NCBI GenBank assembly: GCA_963668355.1
Contig: OY764265.1
Location: forward strand, 1,153,317 to 1,217,316
Direction of reading: 5' to 3'
DNA: 64,000 bases
DNA from: Bdellovibrionota bacterium
GTDB taxonomy: Bacteria; Bdellovibrionota_G; JALEGL01; DATDPG01
Shown here: one piece after another, positions 33,416-43,200 of the stretch
Layout: every line of letters starts with the position of its first letter
How positions within the stretch are numbered: position 1 is the first letter of the stretch
The notes under the pieces: model-generated
The model's input: only the letters and a program-made list of their open reading frames with translations
Database searches by the model: none
What the model was told of the DNA's origin: nothing
Program-made: the position numbers and the translations under genes

Positions 33416-35925
33416 AATATCTTAAACTCACCTTGATCGTGGTTTCCGTTCTTATTGGATGTACCTATGTCCAGAGTGTTGATGCACGCCCTCGTGCAAA
33501 TCGTCAAACGGAAGCCGAAAAAGTCGGAGGTCTTTATCCCCTTACCCCCGAACTTCGTAGCCAGATCTCCACACTCATTGGCATGGCTAGATTTGGTTTG
33601 GGATATAAAAACACAGCCATTCATACTTCGGTCACGAACCCTGCCACGAATCCGTCCTACTACAATGATCTTCTTTATGGCGCCGTACACGCAGGAAGCG
33701 CTGTGCGCGTGCCCAACCGCATCAAAGAGCCCACGCTCTATCATATCAACCATCTCCGACAGGATCTGGGTGCCGAGTATGAGTTGCTGTATTGGAGCGA
33801 AGAAGCGCGCAAGCTTGGCTTCATCACCTCCGTGCGAATGTTAAAGGAATCAGAGGAATATCTTTGGGCGTCGAAGGCCGATCAGCAAGCCATGGAACTG
33901 AACTTAGCCAATCAATATGCCGTTTCTACGGTTCCCAGAGTCACTGAAGCTTTGGAAGAGGTGCGGAAGACAGCTCGCTACGCGGAAGCGGTTGAACGCG
34001 ACGATAAAGGCAGAATCGCTCAATTGGAACTTTGGACGCGTATCAATGCTCTGTATGCGATTTTGCAAGAAACCCGAGCCTATCAAAAAGCACCCAGCTG
34101 GAAGCAGAAAGCCATGGAAGAATTGATTCTGGCCAAAGAGCGCCAAGGTCTCATGAGTGCTTTCCTTCACTTTCGCATTCCCATGTTTCAAATTCCGGTG
34201 GACGGTCTTTCCTCGAATGAAATCGAGGAACTTCTCTTGGAAATGAATCAGGCTTTTCCAGAACACCACCCCTATGTGTTTGAGGTGAAGGATGGTGTGT
34301 TTCAAGGTTGGTTAGATTTAACCGAGCTTTTGCTCATGCGTTCGATGCTGTATCGCACGCGTCTTCCTTGGGAAGACAACACGCTCTCGGAAACATCCGA
34401 TCTCCCGGTGCTGGACCAAATCGCTTTGGGATCGACCCTCACGCACCAAGCGGTCCACATGACCGCGCCCATTCTACAGAATTGGGCGCAAGGTGTGGTC
34501 GCAACGACAACGGCAGCGGACCTTGCGGCATACGAAGGAGCGAGCAGCGCCATTCAATTTTTGGGAGATCGCTATCGTGAAATGCCTCTGCGAGCGCGCA
34601 CTGGAATGTTGGCGCGGACCCTGGTTCCCCGCTTGCCAATATTGAAAGGGCTCTATCTGGAGAATGCGGAGTGGGCCAAGATTGCGGCGGCCATATTTAC
34701 TCGCGCGCAGAAAGAAAGCACGAAAGCCGCGGCGGGGTTTGTTACCACCAAACTCAAGGCCCTGGGAGGCGTAGCCTTACGAAATTCAGCCCTTTTTGGT
34801 CTGGCACTGGTAATTGCGATAGATGCCTATCAGGTCTACCGCGCCGGCCAAGACGCTGGCTCGCCTCAAATGCAAGCCGAGGCGTTTGGAAACTTAGCCG
34901 TTCATTTGGCTGAAGGATTTGGGGCAAGCATGCTCATCAAGGCTTTAGCGGGCGCGGAAATGGTTCAAGTTACGGCAGGTATGGGTTTGGCCCAAGCAAC
35001 GGGTGCGATGCTCACGGCCGCCCTCACCAATCCCGTAACCTGGATCATTGTTCTGGGAATTGTCGCGACGGAAGTGATTCAGCGAAACTGGTATCCGGAC
35101 ATGATTACAATTGGCGTGGTTCGTCAATATGGACAGGCCTTTTTTGCCGATATGTGGAGAACCGTAGCGGACGACTTAATTCGCAGCAAAATCTGCGGAC
35201 GAAACCTTGTGATGGAGCAGTGGCAAAAGAAAGTATGTCTTAAGAAAGAGGAAGGCGGAGATTGGGAGCCTCGCACGTTTTCCTTTTTGGATTATCGCGT
35301 TCCACCTCAGGCCTTCATGGAAATGAACCCAGAGCAGCAGCGAGAAAACCGACGGCTGTATGTCTTGGACTTGGACCATTTTGAGGGATCCGTGGAAGAA
35401 ATCCTTACCTATCCTCCCATTGATCGAGCGGAAGCCTTAGACACTTTAGTAAAGGGCTATGCCGTGGCCTATTTAGAGCGGATGTTTTTCACGCTTCAAT
35501 TCCTAGGAGATGTCAACGTGAACCACTTTAAAGGACTCTTCGAAGAGATTGGTTTGTTGGCTTCGTCTGCTTCAATCGTTCCGGTCGATTTTGAGACGCA
35601 TGTGGCCAAATACGAGACGAAGGACCGCCTAGAAGTAAGAAGCGCGCTGCAGACCGAGCTGGAAGAGTTTGTGGGGCGCGCCGAGGGGCTCGAAAAAGAG
35701 TACGGTCGAAACCTTGTCTTCGGGTCGATTTCCGATGATATGATGCGGCGTTTGACTGGCTTGACGGATGAAGCAATTCTTGTTTTAGAGAACTGCTTTG
35801 ACCTCGAAGGCGAAGATGGGGAAATGCGTGCACGAAAACCTTGTATTCCCACGCCAATTGAGGAAAAAGCCTTGGAAGCTTTGTACGAACAAAGAGATCA
35901 AACAGAGCGGCACTGGTTGAAATAA
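33412..35925 (+). CDS. Large hypothetical lipoprotein (837 aa) with central Gly/Ala-rich hydrophobic helices
   Basis: Lipobox-like LIGC signal; ATGA overlap with upstream gene; central segments (GFGASMLIKALAGA, AGMGLAQATGAMLTAALT) resemble glycine-zipper membrane helices. Confidence 0.6.
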   Translation: MKYLKLTLIVVSVLIGCTYVQSVDARPRANRQTEAEKVGGLYPLTPELRSQISTLIGMARFGLGYKNTAIHTSVTNPATNPSYYNDLLYGAVHAGSAVRVPNRIKEPTLYHINHLRQDLGAEYELLYWSEEARKLGFITSVRMLKESEEYLWASKADQQAMELNLANQYAVSTVPRVTEALEEVRKTARYAEAVERDDKGRIAQLELWTRINALYAILQETRAYQKAPSWKQKAMEELILAKERQGLMSAFLHFRIPMFQIPVDGLSSNEIEELLLEMNQAFPEHHPYVFEVKDGVFQGWLDLTELLLMRSMLYRTRLPWEDNTLSETSDLPVLDQIALGSTLTHQAVHMTAPILQNWAQGVVATTTAADLAAYEGASSAIQFLGDRYREMPLRARTGMLARTLVPRLPILKGLYLENAEWAKIAAAIFTRAQKESTKAAAGFVTTKLKALGGVALRNSALFGLALVIAIDAYQVYRAGQDAGSPQMQAEAFGNLAVHLAEGFGASMLIKALAGAEMVQVTAGMGLAQATGAMLTAALTNPVTWIIVLGIVATEVIQRNWYPDMITIGVVRQYGQAFFADMWRTVADDLIRSKICGRNLVMEQWQKKVCLKKEEGGDWEPRTFSFLDYRVPPQAFMEMNPEQQRENRRLYVLDLDHFEGSVEEILTYPPIDRAEALDTLVKGYAVAYLERMFFTLQFLGDVNVNHFKGLFEEIGLLASSASIVPVDFETHVAKYETKDRLEVRSALQTELEEFVGRAEGLEKEYGRNLVFGSISDDMMRRLTGLTDEAILVLENCFDLEGEDGEMRARKPCIPTPIEEKALEALYEQRDQTERHWLK

Positions 35926-35957
35926 ATCCGAAGAAAAAGAAAAACAAAGGAAATGAA

Positions 35958-37013
35958 ATGAGTCTCCCGGTTACGATCACTAATCTTACGAAGCGTTTTA
36001 ATGACCATGTGGCGGTAAATGATATCTCGTTAACCATTCCTCAAGGCCAGTTATTCTTTTTATTGGGACCTTCGGGATGTGGAAAAACCACGCTTCTTCG
36101 ATCGGTGGCAGGCTTTGCCAAACCCGAAGAAGGAACCATTCACTTCGGAGACAAAGACATCACGAATGTCGCTCCCCACAAACGAAATTGCGGATTCGTT
36201 TTTCAAAACTATGCACTTTGGCCGCATATGACGGTTTTTGACAATGTAGCCTATGGATTAAATGTCCGAAAAATGACCAAGGCCGATGTTCAGGAGAAAG
36301 TCCAATTGGCTCTTAAAATGGTGCGATTGGAAACGTTGTGTGATCGAAAACCCACGCAGCTTTCGGGAGGCCAACAACAGCGCGTCGCACTCGCGAGAGC
36401 GTTAGTGATTACGCCGGACGTTCTGTTATTGGATGAACCGTTGAGCAATTTGGATGCAAAACTTCGATTGGAAATGCGAGATGAAATTCGTCGGATTCAT
36501 TCGGAAACAGGAATTACGACCATCTACGTCACGCATGAACAAAAGGAAGCCTTAAGTTTGGCTCAGCAAGTGGCCATCATGAATTTGGGAAAGATCGAAC
36601 AGCTCGGAGCCCCTAAGGATTTATACTTCAATCCAGCCAATGAGTTTGTCGCCAACTTCATTGGTGAAACAAATATGCTCAAGGGATCGCTCGAAGATTC
36701 AAAGCATGTGTGCCTGCCCTTTGGAACGTTGGAGGTCCCCATTTTTTCCGGCCCCACGGAACAGGATGTAAAAGTTTCTGTACGCCCTGAATCCGTACGG
36801 ATTCACTCCTCCAAGAAAGAGGGGAAAAATATTTTTTCCGCCACGGTTGAAAATGCCATCTATCTGGGTGAACACGAACAAGTTTGCTTGAATCTTTCGG
36901 ACGGAACGTCGCTAAAAGTCCTTGCGTATGATCCCGGAGGAAACACGCATCATGAAGGTGAATCCGTCTGGCTTGAGATTCCTTCGACCTCTGTTCGGGT
37001 TTTTGCCTCGTGA
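35958..37013 (+). CDS. ABC transporter ATP-binding protein (PotA/FbpC-type importer ATPase)
   Basis: Walker A GPSGCGKTT, ABC signature LSGGQQQRVALARA, Walker B LLLDEP, C-terminal regulatory domain. Confidence 0.9.
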   Translation: MSLPVTITNLTKRFNDHVAVNDISLTIPQGQLFFLLGPSGCGKTTLLRSVAGFAKPEEGTIHFGDKDITNVAPHKRNCGFVFQNYALWPHMTVFDNVAYGLNVRKMTKADVQEKVQLALKMVRLETLCDRKPTQLSGGQQQRVALARALVITPDVLLLDEPLSNLDAKLRLEMRDEIRRIHSETGITTIYVTHEQKEALSLAQQVAIMNLGKIEQLGAPKDLYFNPANEFVANFIGETNMLKGSLEDSKHVCLPFGTLEVPIFSGPTEQDVKVSVRPESVRIHSSKKEGKNIFSATVENAIYLGEHEQVCLNLSDGTSLKVLAYDPGGNTHHEGESVWLEIPSTSVRVFAS

Positions 37014-38383
37014 ACAAGAAAGTCGCATTGGCCGGATTAGGGTTGGCCCTTTTTGCCCTTTTGGGACTGCCTTTTTTTCTTACACCCAAGGTTGATCAGG
37101 TTGTGGCCGACAAAGAACTCATTGTCATTACGCCTCATTGGGAAGGGATCAAATATGAGTTTGATCGAGGGTTTCGGGAGTATTGGAAAGAAAAGACAGG
37201 AGAGACCGTCAAGGTTCAATGGTTGGATGTAGGGGGCGGAACAGATGCATTAAAGTTTGTTTTGGGACAATTTCGAAACAATTCGGAAAGTATCGGCGTC
37301 GATATGTTTTGGGGAGGAGGCGTAGACCCCTTTGAACTCATGAAAGAAAAGGGCCACTTAGAACCTTTCAAAGTTTCGGAAAAACAAATTCAACGAATTC
37401 CTCGGAGGCTTTTCGGTTACAATTTATATGCTCCAAACTTTGAATGGTACGGAACCGTCATTTCAGGGTTTGGCATCATTTATAATAAAAAAGTTTCTGA
37501 GCTTTTGGGTTTTCCGATGCCCACGACCTGGGAAGATTTGGCCCGACCCGAAGTGTTTTCTTATATTGGAACCGGTGATCCCGCCAATAGTTCAACATCT
37601 CATGTGATGTATGAATTCATTCTTCAGGGGTATGGATTTGAAAAAGGTATGGACGTGATCACACGCATGGCGGCGAATGCCAGGCGATTCGACAAACACT
37701 CCAGCAATGTTTCGCGAGAGGTGGCCTTGGGAGAAGTCGCCTACGGAATCTCCATTGATTTTTATGCGGGGGCGGCCATAGCCGAGGCCGGTGCCGACAA
37801 GTTGGGGTTCGTATATCCGAATCGACTCACCGTCGTGAATCCGGATCCCATTGCCATTTTAAAAGGAGCGCCCCATCCCAAGTTGGCCCGAGAGTTTTTG
37901 AAATACGTTCTTTCCGATCAGGCACAACGCCTTTGGTTTTTGCCCAAAGGTTCTCCGGGGGGACCTGCAAAGTACAACCTCATGCGTGTTCCCATTTTAA
38001 AAGATCTTATTGAAAAGGAAGCTCAAAACTCTTCGATGACTTACAACCCGTTTTTGATTGAGGGGACACTGGATTACAAACAAGATTTTGGCTCAAAACG
38101 TTGGACAATTCTGAATGATTTTTTGCGAGCCGCGTTAATCGATACGCATCAAGATTTGGTGGATGCCTGGAAGGCCATCCGAAAACTGCCAGAAAAGCAA
38201 AGAGAACCTTGGATTGAACGCATGACGCACCCGTTGGTGACGGAGAAAGAAATGTTTGAGTTGGCCGAAGGCTCCTGGAAGAACGCGGAATATCGAAACA
38301 ACACGCGAACCGAATGGACGAAAGCTTACCGAAAGCGTTATCAAAAAATTGAGGATGAGTTGAACCGAGGAGGGCACAAATGA
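37010..38383 (+). CDS. ABC transporter periplasmic substrate-binding protein (Fe3+/thiamine/polyamine-type family)
   Basis: N-terminal signal/anchor; 457 aa; translationally coupled to ATPase and permease. Confidence 0.75.
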   Translation: MNKKVALAGLGLALFALLGLPFFLTPKVDQVVADKELIVITPHWEGIKYEFDRGFREYWKEKTGETVKVQWLDVGGGTDALKFVLGQFRNNSESIGVDMFWGGGVDPFELMKEKGHLEPFKVSEKQIQRIPRRLFGYNLYAPNFEWYGTVISGFGIIYNKKVSELLGFPMPTTWEDLARPEVFSYIGTGDPANSSTSHVMYEFILQGYGFEKGMDVITRMAANARRFDKHSSNVSREVALGEVAYGISIDFYAGAAIAEAGADKLGFVYPNRLTVVNPDPIAILKGAPHPKLAREFLKYVLSDQAQRLWFLPKGSPGGPAKYNLMRVPILKDLIEKEAQNSSMTYNPFLIEGTLDYKQDFGSKRWTILNDFLRAALIDTHQDLVDAWKAIRKLPEKQREPWIERMTHPLVTEKEMFELAEGSWKNAEYRNNTRTEWTKAYRKRYQKIEDELNRGGHK

Positions 38384-40149
38384 AGTCCTTCAAATTAACA
38401 CCGAGCCTTGCATTATTCTATGCGGTCATCGGTTCGTACTTCGGCCTCTTTTTGGTCTGGCCGGTGTTAAGCATGACGGCGAATGCGTTTTTTTTGGAGG
38501 GAGAATTTTCTCTAACCTTTTTAATGTCGATTTTTAATGATCCCGCTCTTTCCATGACCATCCTTCGCTCTCTGTGGATTGGTTTTGCGGTCACGTTTGC
38601 CACGCTTTTAATCTCCCTGCCCTTGGCCTATGCCTGCTCTCGCCTCTCGTTTAAGGGAAAAGCGTTTTTGCAGGCCCTCACACTTGTTCCCCTTATTTTA
38701 CCTCCCTTTGTGGGCGCGCTGGGCATGCGTCAGTTTTTTGCCCGCTTTGGAAGTGTGAACCTTCTCCTCATGCAAATGGGAATCATTGATCAACCCATCG
38801 ACTGGTTTGGAGATATGGGGTTTTGGGGTGTGGTGTTCTTGGAAGCCATTCATTTGTATCCCATCATGTTTTTGAATTTGACCAGCGCGTTGGCCAATAT
38901 TGATCCGGCCATGGAAGAAGCGGCACAGAGCCAAGGGGCGGGTCCGTGGAAAATTTTCCGAAGTATTACATTTCCACTCACGTTACCCGGCTTTTTTGCC
39001 GGAGCCTCGATTGTGTTCATTTGGGCGTTCACCGACTTGGGGACACCGCTCATGATGGGGTATCGCCAAGTTGCACCCGTACAAATTTTTCAGAAAATCA
39101 CGGAGATCGAAAATAATCCTCAGGGGTATGCACTGGTCTTGGTGGTGTTGGTGGTCACGGCCTTGACCTTTGTTCTTAGTGGAAAGCTAGTTCAGAAAAA
39201 TGAATACGCCATGATTTCCAAAGGAGGGGCGGGAACACGAGCCCGAAACGTCGGATGGTTTGGTCATATTGGGTTGTATGCACTCTTCCTGGGCGTCTTT
39301 TTCATGTCGGTTCTTCCCCACATCGGCGTCATTTTAAACTCTGTGCGAGATTCTTGGTTCATGACCATTTTGCCGGAGAGCTATACGATGGGCCATTGGG
39401 AAAAAATCCTCTCCCATAACATCACGCTTCCCAGCATCATGAATTCCATCAAGTACAGCTTCTTCTCCACCATTTTGGATGTGGTTTTAGGCGTGTGGTT
39501 GGCCTATATGATCGTTAGGAAAAAAGTATGGGGTTCAAAAATCTTAGATGCCATGGCCATGTTGCCCTTGGCGCTTCCAGGAATTGTTCTGGCTTTTGGA
39601 TTCCTTGGATGCTTCATCGGATGGGATGCCCCGGCCAATGCCTTTCTCTCCTTTGTTTTGGCTCCGTTTTATGGAGGAAGGGAACAAGTCCCTTATTTTG
39701 TGATTTTTGATCCGAAAGTGAACCCCATGGTTCTTCTCATCATCGCGTATTCCGTTAGACGCATTCCCTTCATTGTTCGTTCGGCCGCTGCAGGATTTCA
39801 ACAGGTCAGTCATACGTTTGAAGAAGCCTCGGCCAGTTTGGGAGCCAACCCAGCGTACACCGTCCGAAAAATCACGATTCCTTTGATCAGCTCCAACTTG
39901 GTGGCTGGCGTTTTGCTGACGTTCATTTTTGCCATGTTGGAAGTGTCCGACAGTTTGATTCTGGCGTTTCGAGAAGAAACCTATCCCATTACCAAAGCCA
40001 TTTATTCTTTGGCCATGCGATTGGGTGACGGACCCTTTGTGGCTTCGGCGCTGGGTGTGTGGGGCATGCTCCTTCTCACCTGTGGTTTGTTGATCTCGTC
40101 CATTTCCATGGGATCCAAACTCGGCCAGCTCTTTCGCGCGTCTGGGTAG
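38380..40149 (+). CDS. ABC transporter permease, duplicated (two fused transmembrane domains, FbpB/SfuB-like)
   Basis: 589-aa polytopic membrane protein with two permease repeats. Confidence 0.8.
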   Translation: MKSFKLTPSLALFYAVIGSYFGLFLVWPVLSMTANAFFLEGEFSLTFLMSIFNDPALSMTILRSLWIGFAVTFATLLISLPLAYACSRLSFKGKAFLQALTLVPLILPPFVGALGMRQFFARFGSVNLLLMQMGIIDQPIDWFGDMGFWGVVFLEAIHLYPIMFLNLTSALANIDPAMEEAAQSQGAGPWKIFRSITFPLTLPGFFAGASIVFIWAFTDLGTPLMMGYRQVAPVQIFQKITEIENNPQGYALVLVVLVVTALTFVLSGKLVQKNEYAMISKGGAGTRARNVGWFGHIGLYALFLGVFFMSVLPHIGVILNSVRDSWFMTILPESYTMGHWEKILSHNITLPSIMNSIKYSFFSTILDVVLGVWLAYMIVRKKVWGSKILDAMAMLPLALPGIVLAFGFLGCFIGWDAPANAFLSFVLAPFYGGREQVPYFVIFDPKVNPMVLLIIAYSVRRIPFIVRSAAAGFQQVSHTFEEASASLGANPAYTVRKITIPLISSNLVAGVLLTFIFAMLEVSDSLILAFREETYPITKAIYSLAMRLGDGPFVASALGVWGMLLLTCGLLISSISMGSKLGQLFRASG

Positions 40150-40287
40150 GGTTTCTCCTCTGAAGCCTTGCTTTCAACACATTGTTTTTAAAGGAAAAAT
40201 CGTATAGAAGGCTCCGTCCCACAAAGGGTGTAATTTTTTCCCACAAAAATAACGCACCGTGCTATATGACCGTGGGAAAAGGAGTAA

Positions 40288-43200
40288 TTGGCGGGGAAGT
40301 TTCGTATGAAGACCAGAGATCTGTTGACCAAGGTGTTGTTTTCTTTCCTTTTTGGGCTTTTGGCTTTTTCAGGACAAAGCTTTGCCCAACCGGTATGGCC
40401 ACATTATTTTCAAAATCTTCACCCGAAGGTTTCCTCCACCGAAACCCAATATCTTCTGAGAGAGTTTGCCGATGAATGTGCGGCCCTGGACGTTCTCGGC
40501 TCTCAGCGCTACATCAGTTGGCAAAATCGCGGGACCTCAAGAAAAGATCGAGCGTTGGAGGAAGAATTCGATCAAGCTTTTGAAGAGCTCAAACAATTGA
40601 GTTTTGACATCGTTGATCGCCTGGAGCCCTCCGAACTTTTTCTTTTGCTTCAACAATTTCCGTCTCTGGCCTCGCGCTTGGGAATTCCACAATACGCACA
40701 CAATTTGGTTTCGATGGTCAGCATCGGGAGACCCAAGTTCGGAATTGGCGAACTGGAAAAATTCGTTCGCCATCGCACGCTCGTGCGCTTTCTGGAATTT
40801 TCGGAGGAGGAAGATCCCGAATTTGTCGCGTGGCTCTTAGAGATGTTGATCAAGGCGGAGGCCCATTGGGAGTTGTATGGGAATCTTCTAGCGCGAATGG
40901 ATGCTCTTGAAAGTCAGCGGCAGTACTTGGGCTATACGAACGATGAAAAAATAGACGAATTGAGAAGACACACCGAGTTTTATCAAAAGGCAAAGCCTCA
41001 ATTGGCTAGAGAAATTTTGGAATTGAAAAGGGCGACCGATCATCCCCGTTATGAAGCGTGGTTGAATTTGGCGCAAACCTATTTAGATGAATCTCCGGAC
41101 CTTCCGCAAAACATCGGTGAAGGTTTTGGTCTCCCTTTCTATTATGGTTTTCGTTCGGGCTTAGACAGTCTGGCCAGCGTCTTCCATCGTTTTGTTCTGA
41201 AAGATCCAAAGAAAGCCAGTGAAGCGACACATAATGCCGTCAAGTGGCACGAGCGCGCGTTTGCCAGCTCTCATTATTCTGGACTTCGTATGGACCGGCT
41301 TTTAAAGGGCGCAACCTTCCGTCCCGAAAACAGCCCCACTTTAGTTGGCGCAGGGGCCTCTGAAACTTTTTTGGGCGTTTTTGCTTGGCTGGGAACCGCA
41401 AGCGGTCACATCATGGAAGGGGATATCGGACAAGGGGCCAAGGTTCTTTTCATTGATTTTGCCGATGGGCTGTTTTCGTTGGCGGCGGCGCGCGACGACT
41501 TTGTCGAAGACTGGGCCGAGGTCGCTCAAATGCGATTGCAGGCGCAACTCATTGAGGATGAAACGATTCGTCAAGAAAAGATCATTCAAGCCGGCCAAAT
41601 GGCCTTGGCCAATCGACAAAACGGATATTTCAATCCCCATTATTCCGCGCCTTATGCCATCGGTGCGGTGATGGGAGCCAAAAAGGCATTTCGTTTGATG
41701 GTGGTTCCAATTCGATATCTTCGCTCTTTAAATCCTCGGATTCAGGAAGCCCAAGCCCGAGCAGGGCTGGAAACTTCTTCACGAGGAGGTCAGGGTTTTG
41801 AATGGAAACCCTTAGACGAACAGTCTCGAATACAAGTAGAAAGCCTCATTGAAAGTCTCCGAAAATCTGAAAATGCGGAATTGCAGGCCTTGATCCAAAA
41901 TGTGGAAAAAGGCGAACCTCCAGCCGGTCTATTTCCGGATGAAGGCGGAAGCGCAGCTCCTTCTCTTTCGCCACGCCGAGGAAGTGGCGGAGGTGGACCC
42001 GCAACGCTCGTCGAGTCTCGTCCCACGACGGGCTCACAAACTTCCACATCAACCTCTGTGGGTCAAAGCGCACGCACCCTTCAGCCATCACAGCCCTCTC
42101 CCTCCCAAGGGCCGGTCGCCCAGATTCAAACTCCGACGCAAATCGCTCAAGGTCTCGTCGTCGGAAATGTTGAACTCTTACATGCGAATGAAAATGAAGG
42201 TGAGGAAACCAGCGGGGAGGAAAGCTCATCGGAATTCATTGAACGTTTAACGCGCGAAGTTCGTGAATTACAGAAGCGATTGTTCGATTTCATTCCAGCT
42301 CTGGCTGAAACATTCGGCAGCTTTGAAAACTGGGTTCTGAAAGGCATGCCCCTACCTAGAGAAAGCGAGTTGCATGTTCGAGAAATTCGTCGCTCGATTC
42401 AATTGCCACCTCCTTCTCCCGAGACTATTCCCGATCAACTCATCTTCAACTCGCCAGAATATTTTCGTTGGCTTTTTACAGCCGTCGAAGCCTTAGACAA
42501 AGCCGAGCAAGAAGCTCTAACCGACGCGCTTCAAGGGCTAAACCTCATGACGGAGAGGGGCGGAGATGTCGCGTCCGACGCCACGCGCTTAAGTCAAATT
42601 TTTCAGGGTGTTTCAACCCTCAACTTAAGCGACTTTGATGGAACTCGTTCGCGCCTAGAAGATTTGGGAGAAGCGCGCAATACAGAAGTCGATCAACGCG
42701 CGGAAGAACTCCATGAACTGGAAGCCAACTTGGGCCTACATACGGTAAAAGTTTCGGGAAGACCGCTGGTTTGGCCGGAAATAGGATTGCTTGGTAGTTC
42801 TCAGGCCTCTCCACCACTCGCCATTGGAGAAGCCGGAGCGGCCATGGCTATTGATGGTGTGCCCTCGGAAGAATATCAAGGCTTCATTGATCAGCGTTCA
42901 GGTTTCAATCGTAGTGAACTCGATTTACAAATTCGCATTTTACTCTCGGCCATGGTGTTGCACGGCGAGTTTTTGGAAGCCTGGCGGCCTCAAGCTCAAA
43001 ACGGAGTGACACACAAAATTGCCTATGACGTTAAGCTCAAAGATGACAGCGACGGCGAAACGATTTTAAAACTTCAATTATGGCTTCAGGAAGTCGTAGG
43101 TGAGCGTGCCAAAGTTGTGCAAAGCCATTTCATTGAAGCTGAAAATGTAGGCCATAAAAATGTTTATCGCATTGACATCGTTCCGGGGGATAAAGCCGAC

